A stretch of 64,000 bases of DNA, from the IMG/VR virus record IMGVR_UViG_3300027212_000006, positions 1 to 64,000 of that record; one strand, given 5' to 3'. The notes below the pieces were generated by a model. The model did not search any database and was not told the origin of the DNA. It worked only from the letters and a program-made list of their open reading frames with translations. Below are positions 55,043 to 64,000 of this stretch, piece after piece (position 1 is the stretch's first letter; every line of letters begins with the position of its first letter). The position numbers and the translations under genes were made by a program. This DNA comes from a virus. Lineage: Duplodnaviria; Caudoviricetes.

Positions 55043-55069
55043 ATTCTGAATGCAAGCAGATTAAATCCT
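55043..55069 (-). promoter_or_regulatory. Putative AGG-N19-AGAAT promoter for the protease cluster
   Basis: AGG 55069-55067, AGAAT 55047-55043, then an AAGGAG SD. Confidence 0.45.
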
Positions 55070-58000
55070 ATACAATTTGAACTTGATAACTGAAAACTTT
55101 AAGTCCAGTATTTGCTCCATTTGAAGGTAGAAGCGAAACAGATATTTGACTTCCCTTAGCAAATAAACTTGCATCTAGAGTAGTGTTAGGTTCAGAAATA
55201 GATATTTGTTTATCTTTATCAAACCATGCCAATGCTGTTTGATTATTTATTGTAGTGGGTGAACCAGAACTTCCATCATAGTAATCATATGACAAAACAA
55301 TATTTGGTCCTACAGGCATTGAATATATCAATGTTGAGCTATCTAGAGTAATAGGTTTAGTTGGGTCATTTGAAGTTAAAACTATATTAGAAGCATATGG
55401 AACGTAATTGCCTGCTAATATTACAGATGTACTTGTAACAGCAATTCCAGTTTTAAATCCATCCGAAGGAGAAACTTCAGCATAAATTACATCTCCAGCT
55501 AAGAAATAATTATTTGCCTCATCCAAATCTTCCAATCTCTGTACTGTTCTATTTCTATAATTTGGTAATGAGTTTGTAGTAAAAACTTCTACAGTAGTTC
55601 CACTTCCAGAGACTTCTCTATATCTAAACCATTTGGTCTGAGTGTTTCTCTCTCTATTTCCGTCAGGTGAATTGTACTCATAATCCAAAATCATTCTTTC
55701 TAATACTGAAATAGATGAGCCTATAGAAGACATTGATATAATTTTTGGCTTTCCAGTTAAATTAGGCAGTGTAGAGTTTAGATAAGAAGAAAAAACGTTT
55801 CTATTTTTAACTACAGAATACTGTAAAGCAAAATCATATGTATTAGCTACAGCATCATCATAATCTTGAACTAACAGGCCTATTCTAAACTTATTTGATG
55901 GGAGGATAAATAAAGTTACAATATCTGTTCTTTCTAATTCCTGAACAAATGTAACCGCACCATCCTCCCTGTTAACGAAGTAATTGCCCCTATTAATTAC
56001 TCCATTTTTCAAAACAACCAATTGACTATCAGCAGGCCATCTTCCATTTACTGCAAAGAAAGTTCTATTATCTACAGTTGTTGTTGGTTCACCTTCGTAG
56101 AAGTTTTGCAATTCAGGATAAACAATTTCTACAGTTGGTAATTCAAACAAAGGAATCTCAAATGTAATTGTGCCTAATTTATAATCAGTCTTGTATGTAA
56201 TTGGGCTAATAATGTCACCACTCGCTAATGTAAGAGTGACAATCGCATCAGATCTCCAATTTTTAAACTTTGTTCCATTTAAATATGTTTGGAATATCTG
56301 CGGAGTTAATGGTGCTCCTTGTTCATCTAAACCTGTAGTATCTTGTAATAATAATCCATTTTCAGAATTGTAAACAACTTGATCTAAATATTGGAATGTT
56401 TTTTGACGATTAGACAAGCAGCCATTTCTGTTAGTAAATATCAATTCATAGTCAGCCCAGTCAGTACTATCTCCTCTACAAATACCCCATTGCAATTTAC
56501 TTGTATCTGGAACTGTAGAATTAGAAGTTAAATTATATTCAAAAATACTTCCCTTAATATCATATGCATCTGTGAAATAATATCTTTCGGAAGGTGAAGT
56601 TTCTACATGATAAAGAGACGTTACTACTGGTCTCACAGTAGTACCAGCAGAGTATCCTTCAGTCATATTAACTTTGTATTCTAGGTTGGTAATTTGTTTT
56701 CTAAAAGTATAACCAACACCACTATTCAAAGTAATCCAAGTTGAGTAATCTTTTCTGTTGCTGGACCATCTAAATTGAACGCTACAAGTAGATCCTGATG
56801 CAGCTGAATAAGAAGAGTGTAATTCTTTTATATAAATCGGATCTGTATACTCAAAGTCTCTAACCCATGAAGCAGTATATAAATCATTTGCTTGTCCATG
56901 TAAAAATGAGTTCAATGAGTTTTCAAGATCGCCATTATCAGCACCATTTAGAATATCAAAATAATTACCATCTGTATCAATGGATAGTGTTTGTAATTCT
57001 CTTTGGTCACTAGCTCTTCCAAAACCAAAAGAATTGATGTTTACTCCGGTTTCAAGCCAAGAAGTTTGAGCAGTAGTGACAACGTCAGACGCTAAATCAG
57101 TTGAAATATTGTCACCATCAGCAAAGACCATTGAAAGAGGCTTATAAGTTTCTGACCATTTTCTAATTAGTTCTGTTCTTGCTGTATCGGAGTTTTTAAT
57201 ATCTGAAGAAGATCCATCCCAATCTTGCCTCAAATAAACTTCTAAACTATCACCTGAAGTTACTCCATAACCAGAAGCAAATACTACAGAACCGTTGGTA
57301 GGAGAAACAGTGTAATTTGTAGTTCTTGTAACTCCGCTTACAACTACCTCAACGTCAGGATAGGTGCTAGAAGACCATTTGTATGTACTTCCAGTGCTTG
57401 ATTTAGAAAGATACACTGTTGGGTTTGTAACAGCAGAACCAGCCCAAAGACCAAGTGTAACCTGCTTATCACTTGAAGTCTTGTACCAATCTCTTAAACT
57501 ATCTAATCCTAAAGCGCCAATTTGTGTAAGATATCCTACAATTAAATTAACTCTTGAAACATTGTTAGTCTCATCATTAGATTTCAAAATTGACTCAGAA
57601 ATTGATTGTGGAGAAAGCCCGACAATAGATAAAGCAACAGCCTCAACTAATTCAGACTTTGTGCCTTTCTGCTTTAAGCTAAGTAAATTGGTATTAAGTT
57701 CAGTCTGTGAACTTTCATATCCAGTAGTTTTTTGAGTTACAGAAGAACCATATTGCCAAAAGTCAAAATATGTGGTGAATAAAGTAGTTCCAATTCCAGC
57801 AACATATTTTTTGTTTCTAGTTATAAATGTGTCAAAGAAGTCCTTAATTGTGTAAACATATTGAGTGCTTCCAAAACTTGATTTGATTGATGTTGAATCG
57901 TCAAATACTAAGCTTGTGGCAAACTTTAAATCAGTAGTTAGGTGCCCAATATCTTTAACTAAAACACCTGAGCCTGTTCCATTTACCCAATCAAAAGAGG

Positions 58001-61000
58001 TTGCTCCTGAACCTGAATAATATGCGCCTACAGGAATGGCGGTATCTGTAGGTGTTGGCGCAGCTTCAAAAAATACTTTAAAGAAGTAATCTAAAGTTGT
58101 ATCATTATAAACTTCATCCCAAGATCCATCTAACTTAAAAGCTCTACCATTTGTGAATGGATTTGATAAATTGCTGAGTTTCCATTGAACAATAGAAATA
58201 CCTGATGCTGCTAAAGTCTCAGTTATTACTAATGCATATGTAGTACCAGCAGTAGCAGTATATGCAAAATCAAATGTTACAAAACTAGAGTTGACTATAT
58301 CTTCTGGATTGTAAATAGTACTTGAAACAGCAAGCTGGCTCAATGGAAGTCCTGAGCCATTTACAGAATAAATGTAAGCTCTTATTGTATTACCAGCAAA
58401 TGATGTTGAGTATCTACTATCAGATGATAATTCTGTTTTGACTTTAAGATATACAGAGGCTTTAACTAGATCTACTTGTCCAACTCCAACCTTAAATGTT
58501 TGAGCTAAAGAACCACTAGCAGTTAATGAAACGCCTAAATTGACATTATTGTTTGGTCTACTTGTAAATGAAACTGCGGGGGTAATTAATCCATTTTCAA
58601 AACCAGGCTCATACCAAGTGTCACCATCGTCAATGCTATACCAGAGTCCATCTTCTGTAGCTGCTAACAAAACTTGATCAGATGTAATTGAACTGGTGAA
58701 AACTTTTAAATCATAAACCGCATAAGATGCTGAACTAATCTTTTCACATCTTTCAAATGTGTTTCCCTCGTCTAAGGATCTATAGACTCCATTATTAGTG
58801 CCAATAAATATTTTTGATTTTCCAGGTTCAGTGCCACCTGGTGATGCTTCAGAATCTAAGGCATAACAATAGCAAGATATCCCAGATAGGTATTTATTTT
58901 CTATAATAAAATCTGGTGTAGCATCATCTGTCGGATCTAACCATCTCCAGTTTCGTACTTTTAAAACTCCATTGTTTGTAAGTATAAACATTGGAATTGG
59001 AGCTTTAGTTGATGGTGGAGTTGAAAGGGCTCTGAATATTCTATAATATTTGTAGTCTTCAACCTTTCCGCCAAACACTTCTCTGCCCTTTAAAAATGCA
59101 GTAAGATTAGTTCCAGAAGTTGCGCCATTAGTAACAGCAAATAATCCATTTTCAGCACAAACATACAATGCATCAATTTCAGATTGTTTTGAATTGCCTT
59201 GTGAATCAGTAGTAATCCTAATAAACTTATCTTGATATAAACCGTTTACTCTCTTTTTATCTACTAAAGTAAGGTGGTCAGATTGGAATGCACTTGCTCC
59301 TTCCGGGGTCCATACAAATGATAATCCATCTTCCTTTCCAAAAGCTTCATAAGTTCCACTAAACCAACTTCCTCTTAGATAATCAAATTGAGGCTGGTTG
59401 AAAGTTATATCCTCTGTCCAGTTTGATGATGTTGTTCCATACCATAAATTATTGTCAGTACCAGCATTCAAAGTTGATCCATTACTTTTAATGTAATAAA
59501 CTCTAGAAGAATTACCTAAATCTGAAATCTGTTCCCAGCTATTTCCATAAACCCAAAGCCCCTGATCAGTACCAGCAAGCATGTTTGAGCCTGTAGCTGA
59601 TGCATCATGTATAGAATAAATAGATTTTGGATTATTTGCTTTATCGTTTCCTGTTGGTATTAATCCAATATAGTCGTATGAAATTGAATTGGTGGTGTCA
59701 AATAACGCACTTGCATCAACATCAGAAACTAATGTTAAGTTCTTAAGGCCAGTTTCTTTTTCCACACTTTTTGCTGAAATTGTTGGGTATGGATCAAATG
59801 TAGTAGCATCATTCTTATATAGTTTTAAAGCTGCATGGGATGTATTAGCTACATCAACTGACTCATAATAGTAATGATGGCCTGATTGTTTTATTGAAAT
59901 AAAATCTTGAATACCAGCATACTTTTTCGTTCTAACTGCATAAACTTCAGTATTAATTGGAAAAACAACTGAACTTGTTCTAGGAGTAATATTATTTATG
60001 TATCTTTTATTTCTCTCATCATAAACAATGCTAACGATTACTTGCTCAGAAATTGCTGGTTTAACAGTGTTATTTCTAAACTCAAGAATATTCAAAGCTG
60101 TTTCTGTAATTGGTTTTTTAGTATAGAACAAAGATTCAGAAGCAGAATTAGATTTACTTAAAAGAGTGAGAGGTGATGCATCCGCTACTAAATCCCTAAT
60201 AGCTTCTTCATGATACGTTTCGCCAATATTTGTTAAAAAAGCTCCTTCTCTAACAATAGTAATATAAACACTATTTATTTGAGATGCTTTTAAACTTTGA
60301 ACAAACTGTATTTTGCCCAAAGAAGGAGTTAAAATATATGGAATAGTACTTGGATTCTTGCCTACGTAAACCACTACTTTAGCATTAGTATCTGACCAAG
60401 GATCTACATAAAAGACACTGTAGTCTCTTTCGTAAAATAAGTTTTTACCATAGTCAGCAGTAGAATCCAATTGAATTAATTGATAAGGATAGTGTGTCGT
60501 AAAGTTATATTCTTGCACTAAGTCTTGGGCGTTAAATATTGAAACTTCATCTGTTTTTCTAAATGAAGTATATGGTCTTATCCATGGGTAATTGACACTA
60601 GCATTGGAATAATCAGAACTCCAAATGAAATCAGTAGAAGTGTAAACCCCTCTGTTTGTTCCAGCATAAATTAAACCTAAACCAGAATCGCTTGCTTCTT
60701 TTGAATAAACTGTATTAACTTCACCCTGTAACACTGATGACCAATATAGATCTCTTGATGTAGGGTTAATTCCAGGGCCAGAAGCATCAGTAACCAATCC
60801 AATGCCTTTAGTATGGCCAATTAAATATTCATAAGATCCAGAAACATTTCGTTTTGTAACACTTGTGATTGTAGATCCCAAGGCTGCAGTAGAAAATATT
60901 TTATATCTATTAATTTTCCAATTCAGTTCAGTTGTTCCATAAGTGACAGTTGATGTATCTTTATCTAAAAACCAAATACTGTCTGAGTTTTTAGTACCAT

Positions 61001-64000
61001 TTAGTACCTTAAAATTATCACCAGCAGTTGGAACAGATGATACTCTTGACAAAATCCAGTTAGCGCTTGAACTACCTAAAGTGCTAACATAGTAAACACC
61101 ATTTTGTGCAGGGCTAGATTGGTTTTTAACTAAAACGGTTTGCCCAACTCCAGTGCTTGCAAAAGAATATCCATCAACAGAAAATGCAGTATTAGGATAT
61201 CTAATAATATATGTTGTTGATGCTGTTGAACTTCCTGAGTAGCTGCTTGATAAATACAAACCAGCATCACTATTGATTGAATTGATGTTGTACCAAGTAG
61301 ATACCAAAGATCCTAAAGTAGCTCCAATACCAATACTAGCTCCAGTGCCAGAATATATTAAAAAGCTTGTCCCCGTGCCTGTAATAGAAGTAGATCCATT
61401 TGATGCTGAAATAGTTCCTAATGTATCTTCATCATATGGATTAAATGTTAGAGTATGGGGTGAAGAAGCAGTGCTATAATTCGCTGATAATTTAGATACA
61501 GTGGCTGCTTTGACTGGGGTAGATGTTATAGTACCGAAGAGTGGGTGTTCCCAATAAGTAGTAGAAGTCGTACCATCATCAGTTTCAACATATCTTGCTG
61601 AGTGTGAAATATAGGCATTCTGTTCTGTCCACCAAATTAAATCATTATTATTGATATTATTAGTGCCATTTTCAATCCAATATATCCCTTTAACACCCTC
61701 ATTAAATACTCTAGTAATTAAACCGGAATTACCATAAAAAAGCCCTGTATTTCCAGAAGAAGCAGCAACATACAAAGTTCTATCATAGGTAATCTTTAAT
61801 GATCCTTCTTTCTTTTCTGTTCTTCTAGTTGATATTTCTTTAATGTCTGAGATTGGCTTGACGTAGCTTAAAGTACTTCCATTTTCATCATAAATAGATT
61901 TTACTTTTGACCATGTCCAATCGTTTTCAGTCATTTTATCTGCTATGACTGCTGTGTAAAGTCCATCATCTGTACCATTGTAAGAATTATATGTGTAATT
62001 ATATTTCCCAGTAAATCTACCAGCTTTGTCATATATTTCTTCTCTATCTGAAGAAATATAGAATGAGGTAGTCTTTATAGCTGGTATTGTTGAATCTATA
62101 GGATTTTTAACTACGGTCCAATTATCACCAAAGTCTACAGTAGTCCAAATCCTGCCTTCTTTAGTAAGTACATATGCTGTCTTAAAATAATTGACATTTT
62201 CTGGCCTTAATATGTTATCAATAAAGTATTTAACTTGCCCTCTATCAATATTCCAACCAGTTAAATATGACCCAGTTGAAAGATCTGTAGACGATAAAAA
62301 GCCTCTCTTGTTTCCAACCAAATATTTAGTTGTTTCTACATTTAGAGATTTATCAATATAAAATATTTCAGAGGTGTTTTGTAAATCAGAAGATGGTATT
62401 TCAGTATAGAAGTATGTATGATTGCCTTCTGCAAATAATCTTTTTGATGGAATTAAAGATGCTTTTTCCTTATATCTATTTAAACCAATGTGATCTAAAT
62501 TATATATTCTTTTTGGATCAAGAGTGCCAGAATTAAAAGAAGAAGCATCAATATCTTTTAATCTTTTTCCAGATAATTTGTCATCAATTTCTCTACCTAC
62601 AGCTTCAATAACAACACTCACATCAGAATAATCAAAAGTCTCCAAATCAATTAAAGAAGATTTGAAAGAAAGCTCTGCAGAAAATGGTTTTATTTCGTAA
62701 TAATCGCTGTCAACAAGAGTGTCATTTATATAAACTGAAGCTGGTAAGTAATCTGCATCTGACCATATAGTTCTGTTGTAATATGTAGTTTTTGTATTGG
62801 TATTTGCATCTGTAACTGTTGTAGTGCTACCATCAGACAAATATATACTATAACCAGCAACAATATTTCCAGTTAATAAAGATCCATAAGATTTATTTGT
62901 AGAATTGAGGCTGATGGCTTGCAATGCTTTTTGAGGCGACTTTGGCAAAAACACCTGAAGTTTATCAGTGGAAAGTATGTTATTTTTAAGTGAAAGGCGT
63001 GATGAGGATAAGTTTAAACTATATTGAGATGTGTCTAATTTAACATCATTAAGTCTTACTTCAGGGATACCGTAAAATCCAATTGTCTTTCCAGTTCCAG
63101 AAGAAGTGGAAGTTGGTTTGAAATTATCATTTGATTGAATGACAAAGATATTTGAAGCATAATTTAAAGAACCATTTGATTCTATTGGTAGAGCGTCTAG
63201 AACGACTCTTGTAGACAAATCTATTTTTGATGGATTGTTCTCTCCTCCAGCATGAACGTGCTTGTAAAAACTCTTTCTTAAAGCTTTTTGAAATGAACCA
63301 GAAAAGTTTTTCAAGTCATTTCTACTATCAGAATAAGTAATTTCATCAACCACATATGTATCGAGCTGAATAGAATAATCTGAATCAACTTTATTGAATG
63401 TACTAACTTCAGCTAAATAAATTGCATCGTTTTGTAAATAGTATTCATCGTCAGGAATTGAAGGTGATGTAATGGCGCAGATACCTTCAGATTGTAAACA
63501 AATGCTTGGTTCTGCCCATACATAATAAGTATTGTTTCCAATGTATCTGAAGTAATTATATTTTAATGTTTTGGCAGAAAAAGTGCTTACAATTCCGTTA
63601 CCATGTGTGACTAAAACACACTGCTCAAATGCATTAATAAAATAAAGGTTTGAAGTTCCTAAAATAAAACTTGTTTCAACTCCAGCTGCCTTCCAAGAAG
63701 CGAGCCATAAAGTTTGCTTGTGCTTATTTCCAGTCTTGACATAAACAAGAAAATTTGAATTAAAATCACTGTTATTGTTAAGTTCGGAAGCTCTAGCCCA
63801 TGCAGAAGCGCTAACTACATAAACGCCATTTTGGCTTTCATCACTTTGTAATCTAACTAAAACTCTATCTCCAACAATGCAACTTATGCCGTCTATTGTT
63901 TGAGTGCCAGAAAGTGTAATATTTTCAGTTGTTGCAGCTACACAATATCTTTTTTGTGCGGAAGTTTCACGAGTAAAATTAAGATTTAAATATGTAAGCC
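55068..64000 (-). CDS. Giant virion protein (>2970 aa), 5' end outside window
   Basis: I translated the frame upstream of the track start 63353 and it is open to the window end; it includes VAATTENITLSGTQTIDG...GDRVLVRLQ...QNGVYVV...WARA; Asp-box motifs; vWA domain. Confidence 0.85.
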   Translation of the reverse strand, partial: LTYLNLNFTRETSAQKRYCVAATTENITLSGTQTIDGISCIVGDRVLVRLQSDESQNGVYVVSASAWARASELNNNSDFNSNFLVYVKTGNKHKQTLWLASWKAAGVETSFILGTSNLYFINAFEQCVLVTHGNGIVSTFSAKTLKYNYFRYIGNNTYYVWAEPSICLQSEGICAITSPSIPDDEYYLQNDAIYLAEVSTFNKVDSDYSIQLDTYVVDEITYSDSRNDLKNFSGSFQKALRKSFYKHVHAGGENNPSKIDLSTRVVLDALPIESNGSLNYASNIFVIQSNDNFKPTSTSSGTGKTIGFYGIPEVRLNDVKLDTSQYSLNLSSSRLSLKNNILSTDKLQVFLPKSPQKALQAISLNSTNKSYGSLLTGNIVAGYSIYLSDGSTTTVTDANTNTKTTYYNRTIWSDADYLPASVYINDTLVDSDYYEIKPFSAELSFKSSLIDLETFDYSDVSVVIEAVGREIDDKLSGKRLKDIDASSFNSGTLDPKRIYNLDHIGLNRYKEKASLIPSKRLFAEGNHTYFYTEIPSSDLQNTSEIFYIDKSLNVETTKYLVGNKRGFLSSTDLSTGSYLTGWNIDRGQVKYFIDNILRPENVNYFKTAYVLTKEGRIWTTVDFGDNWTVVKNPIDSTIPAIKTTSFYISSDREEIYDKAGRFTGKYNYTYNSYNGTDDGLYTAVIADKMTENDWTWSKVKSIYDENGSTLSYVKPISDIKEISTRRTEKKEGSLKITYDRTLYVAASSGNTGLFYGNSGLITRVFNEGVKGIYWIENGTNNINNNDLIWWTEQNAYISHSARYVETDDGTTSTTYWEHPLFGTITSTPVKAATVSKLSANYSTASSPHTLTFNPYDEDTLGTISASNGSTSITGTGTSFLIYSGTGASIGIGATLGSLVSTWYNINSINSDAGLYLSSSYSGSSTASTTYIIRYPNTAFSVDGYSFASTGVGQTVLVKNQSSPAQNGVYYVSTLGSSSANWILSRVSSVPTAGDNFKVLNGTKNSDSIWFLDKDTSTVTYGTTELNWKINRYKIFSTAALGSTITSVTKRNVSGSYEYLIGHTKGIGLVTDASGPGINPTSRDLYWSSVLQGEVNTVYSKEASDSGLGLIYAGTNRGVYTSTDFIWSSDYSNASVNYPWIRPYTSFRKTDEVSIFNAQDLVQEYNFTTHYPYQLIQLDSTADYGKNLFYERDYSVFYVDPWSDTNAKVVVYVGKNPSTIPYILTPSLGKIQFVQSLKASQINSVYITIVREGAFLTNIGETYHEEAIRDLVADASPLTLLSKSNSASESLFYTKKPITETALNILEFRNNTVKPAISEQVIVSIVYDERNKRYINNITPRTSSVVFPINTEVYAVRTKKYAGIQDFISIKQSGHHYYYESVDVANTSHAALKLYKNDATTFDPYPTISAKSVEKETGLKNLTLVSDVDASALFDTTNSISYDYIGLIPTGNDKANNPKSIYSIHDASATGSNMLAGTDQGLWVYGNSWEQISDLGNSSRVYYIKSNGSTLNAGTDNNLWYGTTSSNWTEDITFNQPQFDYLRGSWFSGTYEAFGKEDGLSFVWTPEGASAFQSDHLTLVDKKRVNGLYQDKFIRITTDSQGNSKQSEIDALYVCAENGLFAVTNGATSGTNLTAFLKGREVFGGKVEDYKYYRIFRALSTPPSTKAPIPMFILTNNGVLKVRNWRWLDPTDDATPDFIIENKYLSGISCYCYALDSEASPGGTEPGKSKIFIGTNNGVYRSLDEGNTFERCEKISSASYAVYDLKVFTSSITSDQVLLAATEDGLWYSIDDGDTWYEPGFENGLITPAVSFTSRPNNNVNLGVSLTASGSLAQTFKVGVGQVDLVKASVYLKVKTELSSDSRYSTSFAGNTIRAYIYSVNGSGLPLSQLAVSSTIYNPEDIVNSSFVTFDFAYTATAGTTYALVITETLAASGISIVQWKLSNLSNPFTNGRAFKLDGSWDEVYNDTTLDYFFKVFFEAAPTPTDTAIPVGAYYSGSGATSFDWVNGTGSGVLVKDIGHLTTDLKFATSLVFDDSTSIKSSFGSTQYVYTIKDFFDTFITRNKKYVAGIGTTLFTTYFDFWQYGSSVTQKTTGYESSQTELNTNLLSLKQKGTKSELVEAVALSIVGLSPQSISESILKSNDETNNVSRVNLIVGYLTQIGALGLDSLRDWYKTSSDKQVTLGLWAGSAVTNPTVYLSKSSTGSTYKWSSSTYPDVEVVVSGVTRTTNYTVSPTNGSVVFASGYGVTSGDSLEVYLRQDWDGSSSDIKNSDTARTELIRKWSETYKPLSMVFADGDNISTDLASDVVTTAQTSWLETGVNINSFGFGRASDQRELQTLSIDTDGNYFDILNGADNGDLENSLNSFLHGQANDLYTASWVRDFEYTDPIYIKELHSSYSAASGSTCSVQFRWSSNRKDYSTWITLNSGVGYTFRKQITNLEYKVNMTEGYSAGTTVRPVVTSLYHVETSPSERYYFTDAYDIKGSIFEYNLTSNSTVPDTSKLQWGICRGDSTDWADYELIFTNRNGCLSNRQKTFQYLDQVVYNSENGLLLQDTTGLDEQGAPLTPQIFQTYLNGTKFKNWRSDAIVTLTLASGDIISPITYKTDYKLGTITFEIPLFELPTVEIVYPELQNFYEGEPTTTVDNRTFFAVNGRWPADSQLVVLKNGVINRGNYFVNREDGAVTFVQELERTDIVTLFILPSNKFRIGLLVQDYDDAVANTYDFALQYSVVKNRNVFSSYLNSTLPNLTGKPKIISMSSIGSSISVLERMILDYEYNSPDGNRERNTQTKWFRYREVSGSGTTVEVFTTNSLPNYRNRTVQRLEDLDEANNYFLAGDVIYAEVSPSDGFKTGIAVTSTSVILAGNYVPYASNIVLTSNDPTKPITLDSSTLIYSMPVGPNIVLSYDYYDGSSGSPTTINNQTALAWFDKDKQISISEPNTTLDASLFAKGSQISVSLLPSNGANTGLKVFSYQVQIV

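Noticed and set aside
63351-63353. Track start codon of the giant ORF
   Set aside because: The frame stays open to the window end with fibre-like sequence, so the true start lies outside.
1-64000. Genome-wide TAG or TGA recoding
   Set aside because: Multi-kilobase ORFs are intact in the standard code, and conserved genes such as gyrB end at TAG where expected.

Overview
AT-rich, gene-dense fragment of what is most likely a jumbo ('huge') tailed-phage genome, read in the standard genetic code. No rRNA, tRNA, CRISPR array, integrase, transposase or reverse transcriptase was recognised. Content: (i) 1-15.5 kb, a cluster of modular, paralogous tail-fibre-like virion genes, one with about 50 copies of a 9-aa repeat; (ii) 15.6-28.5 kb, an SLT transglycosylase, PAS-like and macrodomain proteins, a divergent ClpX, a J-domain protein, PIN-PhoH and many hypothetical proteins sharing a K/R-x-A/S-(Q) motif; (iii) a 1975-aa repeat virion protein, a gyrB-gyrA pair and a tail-tube-like structural block; (iv) DUF151, MerC-like, RNase HII and DnaK genes, a UvsW-like helicase and DnaJ, then three adjacent proteases of different families (S1, S26, S8); (v) a giant (>2970 aa) virion protein with Asp-boxes and a vWA domain that runs off the window end. 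The best leads are a phage-encoded chaperone/protease set in which DnaK and both J-proteins look leaderless, a shared putative processing or targeting motif in unrelated hypothetical proteins, and two promoter classes (TGTATAAT versus AGG-N17-19-AGAA/GTAA). All product calls come from motif recognition by eye; no database search was run.
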